Origin: Schmidtea nova
Taxonomy: Eukaryota
Direction of reading: 5' to 3'
Length of the DNA: 64,000 nucleotides
NCBI GenBank assembly: GCA_044892505.1
Contig: CM097884.1
Coordinates: 66,154,001 to 66,218,000, forward strand
Shown: positions 1-14,058 of the stretch, in pieces
Numbering within the stretch: position 1 is the stretch's first letter
Layout of the letters: each line of letters begins with the position of its first letter
The notes under the pieces: generated by a model
Seen by the model: only the letters and a program-made list of their open reading frames with translations
Database searches by the model: none
Told to the model about the DNA's origin: nothing
Program-made: the position numbers and the translations under genes

Positions 1-1311
1 TCCCACCTAATATAAAATAATACTAATTATAAAATTCGATGTACTATAGCCGTTGCCGGTTTCTTAGGCCTCAATAGTAATATAAAATTTTATGATTAAA
101 GTTTTATCCAAAATTTTAATATAATTTTATAGACTAATGGGAGCAATTGATTTTGATAAAACTGGTATTTAAATCAAATTTAATTAAATTTTAAAATTGA
201 ATAAATAATTTGGAAAATCACGAAAATGATAGCCACCTAGATCAAAATTAGCAGCGACTAAATATCCCCAAAAACATGCTTTTTGTAAACGAAAAAATTG
301 ATTCCCGAATTGAGTAATGATTAGTTTGATTCTTTGACGATTTATGTACATGAATGGATGTACGAGGTGTGCTTGATGAGGAATTAATAATTTATCTTTT
401 GTTTTGTAAAATTAGAAATGGAGGCAAAATGGACGCCATGCTTCAACAGACGACCGAAATGAACCGAAGCCAAAAGCGATTATCGATCCGCCTTGCCGAG
501 ATGGAAGAGGAAATGAAGCTTCAGTGGAATGAGCTTAGAACCATGATGGAACGCATCGAGAAATTTTGCACTTAGTGTCGAAAGATCGAGGTCACGTGAA
601 CAAACATTAACGACACTGAGAAGATAAAAAACAACTAAAATTGCTGCATGAACAAGCGGCCGAAGATGCGCACCAAATGTGGGCCTAAAAATTACAATCC
701 AGAATCGTGATGCCGAGATCGCGCAACTGACAGTGGATACCGGCATTGAGTCGGCAATGCAGCCATCCAAATCAGGATTACCAGCTTTAGAACTGTTCCC
801 AGTAAGAGTGGGCGAGGGAACAATACCAAATAATTCCAATAAAGACTCAGTTGCCGATCGACCCAAAAACTGTCGATCAAGTAAAGGAGTACGCGCTCAT
901 TGGAAGCGAGGAGACTTGACTCCTTGGTCAACTGCGAAAAGTATCAGTAGAGACAATCGATCTATCTATTGCAGATCGAGATTGTAAACCTATTTGTAAA
1001 TCACAAGTACATTCATTTGTGTTCAATATTGTTAAATTTTAAATATATGTATTCTATTTCTTAGTTTAGTTAAAAGGTTGAATGGATTGATTGAATGATA
1101 TTGAGACTGATGAAACAAAAATGAAATAAAACTCGTCAATAACCTGAATATCTAACCAATGCGAACAATTTTCTTTAGAATCTTCTTTAAATTGTCGTTT
1201 ATCTTAGTAGGAATACAGTATGTATTAAGGGACTCAAATTGGTAATTAAACTTCTATCGGTAGCCATTAAACACACTGTGATATTCATAGTTTCGATTTT
1301 TTGACACTCAC

Positions 1312-4297
1312 TGTTTGCGAACATCCACCAACTTGTTGCATTACCAACGTTACATTGTGACGGACAACAAGATGGTTTACTAAGATTTTATGTGTTGAGT
1401 TGTTGATGTGAGCCACAACAACGTCAAGGTCATATTGACGGTCAGCAACCGACCAGAATCAATTAAATCAAAACTCTTCATTTCTATTTAAAGAATATAT
1501 TACTATATTATATTACAAGGTTATACAACAGATCAAGAGAAAATTGTCATGGATAATCACAAAGTTAATTGATAGCTGCATTGAGCGTTTAGATAGAGAC
1601 TTTATCATTTTTGATCGCTGATGTGGTTACGTTTCTTAAGCTCTGTGGGACTATTAGTAGCATCCAAGTTCGGTAGAGTTTGGGTGGGTTATGAAAACCA
1701 TTTGTCTAAATTTATCGGCCGAATTTGATCTCTTAAATCATTCTGAACAAACGATTGAGCTAGATGTCACTGGACATTTTGCATCTCTATCTGCAGCACT
1801 TTCATCTCCAAGTTAAGGTCTTGTACAGCCTGTATGGCGCGAAATTATTTATCTTTCACCACTTTCATTTCTTGGTGCGAAAAATAACTTCCCTCCATCT
1901 GTATGATTCTTCTTTTCAACAGCCAGATTTAATCTCTCGACGTTTCGCGGTCACTTCTTCCTTGATGGTAGCTGTATTAGTTGTCACTCGGCTGGCTTTC
2001 ATATTTGTGTTATCTGGAAATTAGAAGAGTTGTTGTTTTTTGTTTTCCCTCGTCGTTACGCTTACATTCTGACAACGACCGTGTTCTTATTCCCCCTTTA
2101 ACTGTTAGTAATTCACATCGGATGCATAATACTTTTATGTCAACCCCTTTTCTTTTATTGTATTATCACGCGAGGTTTCTCCCACAATACTAGGTTCGGA
2201 TTTACTATTCACTTCAGTTACAGTTTCTAATAATATTTAATGTAGGCACATTCACGATTTAACATTCATTTACTCGCAAAGTTCCAACCCTCATGACCTG
2301 TGTATACTTATTTTTACTCCCCTGTCTCAATTCTCTTGGATAAATCACTATAATACCCTGAAGGAACTACATTCGACAAATCCACATAAAAACTATGACA
2401 ACAGCATAATATGAAGTTAAGAACTAAACTACGAAAACAAAATTCTTTTACATTTTACTCTACACTAAATAACTTTATAATACAACACAAAATTGTTTAT
2501 GATGATTCTTGATCATTTACATAGGTCAGTGATTGGCCCGCTCGTAAGATGATTCCATGTGACTGAGGGAAAGTCGGTTGGATTGCTTGATTCCTCTGGC
2601 TGGATGACATATCGGCCAATTTTCTTTAACTACTCTTTCGGCATATTTCCTGTGAATCTAACCTGTTTTTTGTCCCGGTACTTTGCTCGGAGTCTCCATG
2701 AAGTATTTGGGACACTCTATTGGGTAGATAAAATATGCATCGATTGGCCAGTCAGCGCTCTCATGCCAGATTATCTCATCTGGGCTATCTCGGTGGTGGC
2801 TGAAATCTGTTGAAATTCCATATTGAGCGAAATCCCGCTGGTGCTCATCAAAGATCTTCTGAGCTAAATAGGCGGGATCGCTTTTATCGGCATTGCGATG
2901 ATCAAATACTTTTCCGGAGTTGTGTTCTTGGATTGACCCATTCTCTGTCCTGGTTGGTGACTCTCTCCAACCACAGTTCCATTTGAAATCCTGGCAGAGC
3001 ATGAAGCACCTACCACTTAGCCACATCGATGTACACTCATTGTTTTTTCGCCACTCTTTTTGTTAATGGCATTTATATTTCCCCTCCTTGTATCACCCGT
3101 CTCTTTATGACAGTGGGTTTCCGTTTTTGAAAATGCAGTTAATTGATCCATTGTTCCTGTTTCGCTAAGGGAACTAATATTGCTTCATCTTCTGGTGACA
3201 TTTCCATGTTCAAATGGATTTATTTAACAATCTGTAACAACAAAAAAATCATTTGAATTATTTGTTCTAAAAATGTTTTAGGGGAAACTTGGTTTAAGCA
3301 TTTTGGTCATTTTCCGTATTCGTTTAATTTTTGATGTGTCGACTTTTTAGGCGATCTCGATTACTACTACACAAATCAACAAAATGATCAAGCTTTCGCT
3401 TCGCCTAACTCATCAAATTCACGAATACTCATTCAACTGTAATTTATATAATAACTATTTAAATTTAAGTCTGCCGATGACTTAAGCCATCTGTCCCACT
3501 TGTGCGGAACAGACGACTCGAGCCACCGAAGGTCAGCGACCCGGAAAACCGTCATGGCCTTACACTTCGAGAATTTAAGCAATAAAACCATTAGACAAAT
3601 AAAAATTAATAAATAAAAGAAAAACTATAATGAGAATGCATGAGGGGTTACCTCGATTAAAACTAAACAAAAAATTTACTTGATTTACTAAGTTATATTT
3701 GTATAACAAATTCCAAGATTGTTCCACTACAATGGTCTTCTAGGCAATCACGAAAGATTGTTCACGATTTAACACAATTGGTTGAGTCAACTGAAGTCAG
3801 TTGTAGTTGTAATTAAAATTAAGTTTATTAAAAGGTGTTTAGTTAAGTTAGGTTATTTCACTGAGTTTGGCTGCTCCTTTTATTCTTTTTTGTTCAGCCA
3901 AACCAGCCAATCAAATATTTGCTCCCTCATAATTGGTCCAACTAATTCAATTCATTTATTCAATTAATATGGATATTTTGACCAATTGCATTCTTTGGGG
4001 GGATTATATATCTATTTTAAATTATGTTTTATTTTTTCTTTCTTCCATGTTTCTGTTATTTTCTTTTCATATTTTCTTTCTTCTTTTATAGGATTTATTT
4101 TTAATACCCTTTTATCTTTTCTTGATTCTTTAATTATTTTAATTATTTCTGTTTTTTTCTGTTCTTGTGGAGTTTTCACTCTACAATTCGTTATAAATTT
4201 GGATTTAATTATTTTTCTAATATTTTCAACTTTTATTTTTTATTTATTTTATTATTTTACTTTTAATTATGTGTTTATGAGTTGTGCTAGCCCAACA
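1312..4297. mobile_element. Putative ~3-kb TG...CA LTR-like element (left end uncertain)
   Basis: Ends in GCCCAACA like the elements at 14059-17022 and 41243-44195, and is followed by TCAC. TCAC|TG occurs at 1308-1313, giving a size like the 2.96-kb element, but a second TCAC|TG lies near 1767. Contains broken minus-strand ORF remnants. Confidence 0.35.
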
Positions 4298-4300
4298 TCA

Positions 4301-4560
4301 CTAGGGTTACCATAACCCACATACCTTCATGAAAATGATTAAATTACGTACTCTCACTCGTGTATCCATAATTACTCGTTGGTAATCGATGTTGATGATG
4401 TACAGAGTGGTGCGAGAATTCAATAAGCAGGTAAGCTTTGTTGCCAAAACTACTCCTCATTGTATTCTATCTTTCGGGTTCCTGTTGCCGATCGAATGAC
4501 TTACGCACTTTCTCTTTCAAAGGTCCTCTAAACTTATCAAGTCTTAACGCTATATAATAT
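4301..4560 (+). repeat. 5' block of an LTR-like repeat family
   Basis: Aligns by eye with 14097-14330 and 42760-43000 (shared CTAGGG, CTCACTCGTGT, AGCTT.GTTGCCAAAA, TCGGGTTCCTG, GACTTAC.C). Confidence 0.7.
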
Positions 4561-4668
4561 CTCTTATATTATCTAATATTTTCACCTACTTCTAGGGTAT
4601 TTATTCCCTAACAATTGTCAAAATTATGTTAATAATATTGAGTAATCTTGTTACCTTTTCTCTTATAG

Positions 4669-6888
4669 ATTATTACTCATGATAAATACTTCAAATGTAG
4701 CCACAAGATCAGACAAAATAAATTCTGTTTTTGGTCAGCCAAACAAACTACCAGATGCTCAACTTCCAAAGTAAAATTTTTTAAATGTTTCTTATGGCAT
4801 AGACAAGCAAAAACAATAACTACCAGAGAAATTGTCAAAGTAGTTGTCGGTGACATTTTGTCTATTTGGGAAATAGCAAGTATACCTACGATTGCTTATG
4901 AAAACGTTCTTCAAAGTGAAGAAAGGTTGATCGAAAAGGGAAAGGAATTACAGAAGTTCTCACTTGCAAGGAGAAAAACGAAACCATTTTGTGAAAAAGA
5001 AAATCGCTTCAAATAACTGTTTGACATTTGTTCGTGCAAATGTGTGGATAAAGGATTTTTCGACAAAGTAAAATGTCAATACTCTGTTAAAATCTCAATA
5101 CTTGAATGGAACTTTTGGATAGATCAAAATACTCAGAGGGAAATGATTATTGGCTTGGTAGATGCAGAAGTATCATCCCAATTGCAAAGAAGAATGGGAA
5201 GAGAAGAGAAAGTGGAAAACCGTAGACAAGAACACACAAAGAAAGGTTATGTGAATTATGTGGAAGATTCAAGTGAAACCCCTTTAGATTATGCAGTGCC
5301 GCACAAGGAATCAGCTTCGTCTTCTTCTTCAAACAATGACTCTGAATCATTTTCTGAAGAAACTATCATTAAAAACAGACTCCGATATCCTCATTTGAGC
5401 GAGATAATAGAGAGAACTGAGATAAGCAATCGCGATGCGTGCAAGATCATAAATGCTTGTTTGAAAGACATGAAACTAGACACTCCAGAAAATTTAATCA
5501 AACCAAGCACATTATGAAGGAAGCCCATATATTGGAGAAAGAAGGATATAGAAAGTCACGCTCTTCTGCTCTCAAATTTACTTTGCATTGGCTTTGATGG
5601 AAGAATTGATGAGACAAAACTAGTGGAAGGTGGTTCTCGAAAAATGAAAAAAAGGAGATCATCTTGTTATAGTATCTTATTCTGGGGAGCACTATGTCGA
5701 TCAGATATCACCTCAAAGCTGGAAGGAAAATGATTTCATCACTGAACTTCTATCAGTCATTACTGAAACCAATTCCACCAAAACGCTTTGTGCCATTTTA
5801 TGTGATGGTACAAATGTCAATACTGGAGAACACAAAAGAGTCATTCGGCACACAGAAACAGTGCTAAAGCATCTTGTCCAATGGTTGATTTGCATGTTAC
5901 ATTTGAACGAGTTACCATTGCGCGAAGTTTTCAAAAGAATTGACGGGGAAACATGTTGACCACATAGTTTCCAGGGAAATGTAAGAAGTAAATTGAATTA
6001 TGATCCAAGGACATTAACACTCGTTGATTTCGAGCCTATTCACGGCTATGTACAGGACATTTATGATGGTATTAGGAATGACCTGAGCTATGACCAGCGA
6101 TTTTTGTTGCGCGCTTGTTTTGCAATACAAGGCAAGAATGAAACAAATCAGAATGATCTCAAATTTCTTGATACAGCTTCTCATGATCCTCTTAATCATG
6201 CAAGGTGGCTGACATGCGCTAACAGAGGGCTTCGCTTGTACATGAGCCCCCAAGAACCTTCAATTCAGCTTCAAAAATTAACTGCCTTCATTGTCCAAGT
6301 TTATGCTTCAAGTTGTTCCAAAATAAATCTCACCCGTTGTGCTTTGACGGCTCAAGCAGCTTCTTCTATAAGATTCAAAAAAGTCGATATTTGACTGACA
6401 GTCTTATGCATGACTCTGTTGAAAATACATTATCAAGAAACAGTTATTTTGCTCATTCTGAGAACATTCTCCTTGCTGCTTTGACGGATAACAATCTCTG
6501 CATTAGAAAAGACGCTGCCAATAAGATTATGTTAGCAAGACAGATAATGCAAAGCGAAGCTCAAATCAGAAAATTCTCGAAAATTCAGATCTTTATCAAA
6601 TTTGACACCACCACTTATTATGACATGAATTATTGTGAAAAATCAGCTGTGGCTGCTCCACCAATCATAGAATCTTTGGCAAGTGAAGAACTTTTACAAC
6701 AGGTGGAACTTGGTCCTATTTCATTTCCTTCAATTCCGTGTCATACTCAAGCAGCCGAAAGAGCTGTCAAAGTAATCACCAGAATTTCATCGAAACTTTA
6801 TGGTCATGAAGCGCGTCATGGAATGATTGTTGCCGTAGAAGAATCCAGAAGAAGGTTAAAAAAAACTGAAAGCGAAATAACATTTTAA
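4669..6888 (+). pseudogene. Degenerate DNA transposase of the hAT-related 'hATm'/Cc8K15.2-like type
   Basis: Collinear motifs across frameshifts and stops: TRSQTK..FGQP..LP, CSCKC, DGRID.T, CDGTNVNTG, QWLICMLHLNELPLR, LNHARWLT.ANR, NSYFAHSENILLA, IPCHTQAAERAVK. Possible right TIR (TTTCACTCCACCATA) near 7201-7215; left TIR not found. Confidence 0.7.
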
Positions 6889-8316
6889 TCAATATCAAAT
6901 GAATATTCATGTTCTCGTCAACAATTTATTTCTTGGCATAGAACTTCCATGGATACTCTTTTACGATTTCTTCTTGGTTGCATATGTAGCACTCACTTGT
7001 AATTTGAATATTTGTTAATATATACTGTTATTTGTTGAATAAAATAAGATTTCATTTACATCCAATTTTACTCAATTTTCGGTGAAAATGTGGGACCCCT
7101 AAATAAAAGTTTAGACACCTAAATTTTTGCATACGAACTTATCTCACCTATTAGCAACTTTCCCAGGCTGAAATGATTAACGATTCAAACTTTCGTATAC
7201 TTTCACTCCACCATAATGAGCAATACTATGCGCTTTCAAAAGTTGAGTAAACAAAATGATCAATAATATAGTATGTTGTAAGTTGCGAGCAAATTAATTT
7301 TATGTACTTTTATAGATTAATTAGGCAATTTTCAGCGTTGTGATTGAATTTAAGGGATGTTATTGGATGAAATGGGTAACTTAACAATGAATATAAATGA
7401 ATTGATTTTTGTATAGATTCTCTGGCTGCAGCATGATGTGTATGGGATGTTAATGAGTGAAACAATATAATTTGAATGCATTTATAGATGAATAAATTTT
7501 CGTGTGTGGTATTAGATATAGATGATACTAATGAGTGAAAAGGATGTATTACCTGACAAACATGGGTTTTTCTTGATTTAAGAGGGGTAATTTATAAGAT
7601 AATATATATGAAAAAATAATTTTGCAAATTTTGAAAAATAATTATCAATTTTAGGATTTATAATTTTCAAGAGTTTAAATTTTAAAATTTGTAAAAATTT
7701 ATATAATAATAAAAAATAATTTTTAGATTTATAAATTTTATACTCTACGAATTTAATTTGAATTTTTTAAGGTTTTCATAATATATTGTTTTTGATAATA
7801 AAATTAAATTTTACTAAAATTAATTTTGATCGTATGCGAACTTCCCAAATAAAATACACATAAAATTTTCGAGATAATTCACTTACAAATTTTGAATACT
7901 CAAAATTATAAATCAAAATTTTAAAAGTTTTTATGAATAATCTTTCCGATTAAAGTGAAGTTCAGATAAATAAAATCAAATATAATAAACATAATCTAAT
8001 ACAATCTATATTCTCTATTATAATCAGTATACCAAAACAGCATTGATACGTTCCAGTGTGGTTTGCAATAATAGATTAAGTAAGTTTATTATTCAATAAT
8101 TTTCATTTTAATACTTGTAATATCGATCAAAATGTTTTTTTTTGGTTGTTAGGTACACGATCAGAGCCGGATTTACTCTTGAGGGGCCCAAGGCTAAAAC
8201 TCTTATAATTTTTTTAAACAAAAATAGTAATTTGTTTCCTGCTATATAGTTAAAATAATAATTTAATTTCGAAAATAATATTACATTTATTCATATATAA
8301 AAGATATAAACATGTA

Positions 8317-10250
8317 AGGGTATAACTTGTTTAATTCGATTATCCAAGAGACCTTAAAAATTAATCGAATTAAACAGGGAAATATTCTTATATTTGTGAC
8401 TACTAAGTTTAATAATATTATTAGACCGTAGTAGGAAAATTTCAAAAACATGTTACATTTTTAAAACAAATTTATTAAAAGTACATAATTAAAAATAATT
8501 TGCCCAGAACAAACATTTAATCTGTTTCTAAAAAAACATCCATTTCATTGAGCGTATTTAAAAATCTTTGTGGTACAGAAGATCGCTGTAACATTCCATT
8601 TCTTAACTTTTGAATACAGTCGATAATTTCTGAATTTGTCACAAATGAGAATTCAGAAGACAAATTCGTTTCATCCACTTCCCCACCAATGCTATCCTCG
8701 GATATATTACAGATAGACATTGATTGATTCTGTACATTTTCAATGATATCTTCATCCGTCATAATATCCCAGACACAACAATAACATTACAATCCAGACA
8801 ATCCGTAAACTCCTCTCTGAAATTGGATATAAGCCGCAGGGAAATAGAATTTGTTTCCGTTGTTTCAATAATATTTATTAACGGATTATTATCATCGTCA
8901 TCATTGAAATTGTCATCATAGAATCCAGACTTCCTGAAACAGTTTTTGATTGTTATAGGAGAGATGTCTACATCCCATATTTTCGAAATTCGTTTTATGC
9001 AATCTAATAAGGTAATTTGGGGTCAATTTTCTTTTTTCTCAATAAACCTAAATATTTCTTTTATTACTACATTTCTGTAATGCACTTTTAAGCATCTGAT
9101 AATACCCATATCCATTGTTTGAAGAAGCGCTGTTAGGTTAGGAGGAAAGAATTCCAATCTGATATTATTTAATTTTGATTTAAGATCACCTTTTCTTTGG
9201 GTTTAGCAATTATCGAAGAAAAACAAAACTTTCCGATTTTGCTTCCCAAATTCTACGTCCAATTTCATTAACCATTTAGCAAAAATGGATGAATTCATCT
9301 ATGCCTTTTTGTTATAATCATAATCCACTGGCAGTGAATTGGCATTTTTAAAACAATGTGGACTTCTCGACTTGCCAATAACCAACGGTTTCATTTTTTC
9401 GGTCCCTGACATATTAGCACAAAGCATTATGGTTATTCTTTCCTCTGTTCTTGCCTTTTTGACAGCTATCTCCTTGTAACACAAATGATTTACCCCGAAG
9501 GCATTTAAAAAAAAGACCGGTTTCATCCCCATTAAAAATATCATTTTCATTGTAAATCCGAATAATTGGTTTCAATATAGTTTTAATCCAATTGTTTGCT
9601 ACATTTTTGTCGCAATCTACTGCATCTCCAGTCAAACAACGCCACTTTATTACATTTCTTTTTTTTAAACCCTCGAGCCATCCACCACTAGCTCTAAACG
9701 TATCACAATTTAATGCTAATCCATATTGCTTGGCTTTCTCTTTAAGCATATTTCCATTTAGAGGAATATTATTATTTCTGGCTTCTGAAACGAAGCTTCT
9801 GACAGCACTATCTACCATATCAAAATTTCCTGTCCTCATTCTTTTTCTTTTTAGTAAGAATGGATTAACACTTAGCACATTTTCTAATTTTTCTTTGTTC
9901 TTACGGATTGTTGATAATGTATTTGCTGGAACACATTACTTTTCTGCAACCTTTTTAATGCTTTGTCCATTGTCAATTTCTTGAATGGCGGACAGTTTTT
10001 GATTTAAAGTTAAAGTTTTGTATTTTATATTTCGTACCATTTTGAAATCTTAATAATTTTTTTAATTTAAATTAATTCTAAAAAATGACATCGAATTAAA
10101 CGGGTACTTTAATTTGATTTTTTTAATAAAAAAATTCAAATTAAATTTATTAAGGTAATCGAATTATCAATGTAATTTTTAATGAAAATATCAAGTGACC
10201 GATAAAAAATCGAATTAAAGAGGAACATCGAATTAAACAAGTTATACCCG
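8317..10250 (-). mobile_element. pogo/Tigger DNA transposon
   Basis: 24-bp TIRs (A/C)GGGTATAACTTGTTTAATTCGAT, 23/24 identical, each flanked by TA. Confidence 0.9.
8517..10040 (-). pseudogene. Tigger/pogo transposase (HTH-psq, CENP-B HTH, DDE_1), frameshifted
   Basis: LTLNQKLSAIQEID, IPLNGNMLKEKA, FRASGGWLEGLKKR, IFNGDETGLF, RITIMLCANMSGTEKMKPLVIGKSRSPHCFK, LQ.MDMGII; internal stop and frameshifts. Confidence 0.92.
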
Positions 10251-10876
10251 TATTACAATTCATGAATAAAAAAACATTAATTTAAAAAAACTTTTTCATC
10301 TAGATATTTTCTCTGAAAAATCTTCAACAAAGGAATCAAAATCCATTTCGCGGAGAAGTTCAGATTCTATAGCCATTACTGATAAGGCATTAAGTCGGTC
10401 TTGTTAAGTGCAGCTTCTTATATGATTTTCAGCACGAGATAATGTTGAAAATGATGTTGTGCTTTCGTGAAATTTTTACTTTAGAAAAGTATTATATTAA
10501 ATATAATATGTTACATAATTAAGTACTTCTTTACTTATATTACATAAATAAATTAATCTGCAAATAATTAAAAGATGTAATAAGTTTTTATAATAATAAT
10601 ACAAAGTTTAGGGCCCCCATCAGTCGGAGCCCTATGCTTCAGCCTTGTCCGCCTAAGGGTCAATCCAGGCCTGTACACGATATTTAGACATCCTTCATAA
10701 ATTGTGAATTAAATTTATTATCCATCAATGATTAGATCAATGAAAGATGTCTGAAGAAAATTAAAATTTTCCTTTACCTAAATGGACTTTTCCTCTTACA
10801 AAATGAACAGACCAATTGATAATTGAAAGAATTAATCTCATAATAATTTGTCGATATTATATTGGAAATTTAAATT

Positions 10877-11591
10877 ATGATTAGATGCAATTCTGATTTA
10901 TCCGAGCATTCTGCTGAATTGGAATTTTTTTCATTGGCTAGCGAAGATTCAGAAGACTGCGAGAATACATTCTATAATACAGCCGATGAAAATTTATCCG
11001 ATTCATTTGGTATTAGTTTAAATAAAACTATTGAATTGTCATCCGGTAACATTGATATCAAAACAATAAATATATTTTTAAAATATAAATATCTAGGGAA
11101 TTATAAGACAAAATTGAATTGCCAAGCTGTGAATCCAAGCGGCCACACAACTGCCGATGTGATCTCCAACCAAATTTTCGATGGTTGGGATTCTCCCGTT
11201 AAACTTGATACAAAGCTTCGATTTAAGAAATGTTTTCAATTCTTTTCGGAATTATCCAATAAAAATAATCAATCTGTTTTTTCTTCAAATTGTAAAAAGT
11301 TCAATTTAATAAAACCGTCTTCACAACTAAATGAGTCTATTAATGCCAGTCGAACTAATAAAGACAACTCAACAAATACCCTTTCAGTGAATAAAGTTGA
11401 CAATGAAACACAAACCCAAATCATTTTACAAAGCTCTCCACAAAGAGGATTTATATGTGTTGAAAATGGTGATAAATATTCGTTTAATGAACATCTGGAA
11501 AATGAACTAGAAAGTAATCAGGATTCTATAGAAAATAAATGCCTTTGCAATCATTCAACTGTAGGAGTCGCTGGAGATTCACTAGTAAATG
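10877..11591 (+). CDS. Probable first coding exon of the host AJM1-like gene (Ser/Asn/acidic low complexity)
   Basis: 715-bp open frame from ATG, ending at a strong phase-1 donor AAT G|GTAAGA (11592). The phase matches the acceptor at 47318. Confidence 0.55.
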
Positions 11592-11638
11592 GTAAGAATT
11601 CAATGCATTTACACTTAATTAGTTTGTAAAAAAAATTT

Positions 11639-11811
11639 TTAAAAATTATTAGTTTAGTTGTGTTAACATTTAAAATTCTATTTATGAACCTTTTTCTATA
11701 TAATAACTTAATTTTTTATTATAAGTTATAATAAAAAATTAAGTTATTATATAGAAAAAGGTTCATAAATAGAATTTTAAATGTTAACACAACTAAACTA
11801 ATAATTTTTAA
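11639..11811. repeat. Perfect palindrome (86-bp arms, 1-nt loop at 11725)
   Basis: Direct base-by-base reverse-complement match. Confidence 0.95.
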
Positions 11812-12090
11812 CACTTAATTTTATAACTGCTTTTAGTAAGTGAAATACGGTGTTCATTGTATAACGCTGAATGCCACCTCCTAATATATAAAATTAAATT
11901 ATATTCTAGAAATTACAAGCACTCACTTGCGTGTTATCAGTGTGCTAAATCTGTTTTCATACATTAGGAGATTCTATGATATAAGATAAAAATTAACAAT
12001 ATCAAATGAAAACGTACGTTGATGTTAAAATTTGACTTTACATAGTTTAAGACATTTATGTAATATACAAAGTGGAAAAAAAAATAAATT

Positions 12091-12800
12091 ATACACACAA
12101 ACACAGCACACAATGAAAAATGCATGCAACCTTTTAGGTCAAATTATTGTACGTGATTATGAGTTCTTTAATAATTTTATTTGTTTTCAAAATATGGTTT
12201 TTGGATAAAATTTTGAAATATTTCCTAGAGGAGTTGTTGAGAAAATGAATAAACAAAGTCGTAAGTTTAATTTTATACAGTGAATTTTAATATAAAAATC
12301 ATGTATTTCCGAAAATTATTTTGTAAAGTTTTTATGTTTTCAGTAGTCAAAAATATAATACCGTCTAATTAATGTTTACATGTTTACAATGCAATTTAAA
12401 CTATTGTGAATTCTCAGATAATGCAGGACAAAAAAATTTGGAAAGGCCTGAAAACAAAAAATAAATCTTGAAATTTCAATGTTGAAAATAAAATACTATA
12501 ATGTAATTTCCGAAATTTACCAAATCAGAATAATCAAAGCCATGTAAAATGGCAAAAACTACTTCCGATTTGGAAGATTTCTTAGAATATCCAAAAAACC
12601 TTTTTCTGAAATAAATAGAAATTTTTATTTAAAAATAATTATTATAATAAATTTTAGTTTAAAATGATATTTTGCTTACTTTTCGTGTAAATAATTCCCA
12701 AAAGATGTTAAAAATCATGATTTCATAAAGTATTTAAAAATTAAATAAAATTTTAAAAATGGCTAAATAATCTTCAATAAAAAAATAATTGAGTAACACG
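12091..12800 (+). repeat. Diverged dispersed repeat, second copy at about 39893-40550
   Basis: Both begin ACACACAAACACAGCACACAATGAA and stay collinear by eye for about 650-700 bp. Confidence 0.65.
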
Positions 12801-13268
12801 TAGGTTACTTTTAGTTACTCTTAAGCTATGAAAACATGTGTAGCAATGAATAAAATCTTAATTGTGGCATTCAATCCTGTTGACAAGCAAGATATGAAAT
12901 GAAAATAAACACACAAAATTGAACAAATACATACATTTATTTCCGACAATAAAAACGATGGAAATGCATTGACAGTTTGTATATATCGTCAAAACTTTAT
13001 TTGCATTTTCTGTTAAAATATAAAATTAATGTATCATAATGTAAATGATAAATATTATAAAAAATGTATAAATAGTATTGATAAATTACTACAGAATAAA
13101 AGATATTCAAAGTCTTTTTTGTAACGAATGGTGTGTGAAACTTTTGATAAGTGTGTAAATAAGTTGAATGTAATCGATGACAAAATTTCACCTGGTGTTG
13201 ATTTGTGTAATTCACTTGATAGTGTTCCTTTGATTGAAACAGGTGATGTTGCTATGGGAATGAATGAA

Positions 13269-13320
13269 TGATGTTGATGTTGATGTTGATGTTGATGTTG
13301 ATGTTGATGTTGATGATGAT
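13269..13320. repeat. (GATGTT)n microsatellite
   Basis: About 8 hexamer units; produces the HQHQ run in ORF 13055-13393. Confidence 0.9.
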
Positions 13321-13724
13321 GAAGGCGTTCAGAAGTACCTTTAAAATTAACAAAATTTACGGAACTTTGTAAAATGCCTGTTACAAGTAACATTATTTGA
13401 CGTTACTTGGGATTTTATCAATCCATCAGAGAAAGGAAGGCAAGGATAGACAAAATTACAGAAGAAATGATATGTCCTTGGATGAAATTTAATTTTCCCG
13501 TTGTATCAAAACAACATATTTCCGCTAAAATAAGTAATTCGTTTGATCTACATCCTCATAGTAATAATTACAATTTGGTTCAATAAATCTTATTTAGTGT
13601 TGAACATTTGTTGTTATTTACTAAAGAACACATTAAGTCAGAAATAATCAATTAAGATTTTTTTTTCATTTATATTAACTTTAGACTATTAATTTTCATT
13701 TTTTTATTAAAAACTAAATAAATT

Positions 13725-13840
13725 TTTTTATTTGTTTAAACGCGCACAAATTTTCAGCACAGCCTTTTTCAAGTGTGTATTTGAAAAAAATCTGTACCGC
13801 AAATTCGTGTATGTTTATAAAAACAAAAAAATCGATCTAT
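13725..13840. repeat. Foldback MITE-like palindromic repeat, diverged copy
   Basis: GCACAGCCTTTTTCAAGTGTGTATTTG core shared with 46441-46570 and 60795-60995. Confidence 0.55.
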
Positions 13841-14058
13841 TATTTTTATAAAAAATTGAAAATTTCTGAAATAGAAACGCAAAGATCAAAAGTGAAAATA
13901 AGAGACATTATTGATAATAATTTTATATTTTAAAAATTGAGTGTTTTTTAAATCTGTATTTAAATCTGTGTATGTGTGTCTATTACCTTCAGTGGGACAA
14001 ATGTTTCCTGTTGGTATTCTATGGATTGAAATATTTGGAAACAAGATTTTCTATGTAG

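Larger units (their letters stand above)
8162..10673. mobile_element. Non-autonomous hAT-type element carrying a nested pogo element
   Basis: 8-bp TSD TACACGAT at 8154-8161 and 10674-10681. Imperfect TIRs CAGAGCCGGATTTAC and (reverse complement) CAGGCCTGGATTGAC. Confidence 0.85.

Noticed and set aside
354-987. gag-like ORFs
   Set aside because: Coding-like composition but short, broken and without a recognisable Zn knuckle, protease or RT motif.
3986-4315. Hydrophobic F/I/L-rich ORFs (also 43006, 55967-56870)
   Set aside because: Products of T-rich or microsatellite sequence, not membrane proteins.
13055-13393. His/Gln-repeat ORF as an antisense exon
   Set aside because: Explained by the (GATGTT)n microsatellite; no supporting neighbouring exons.
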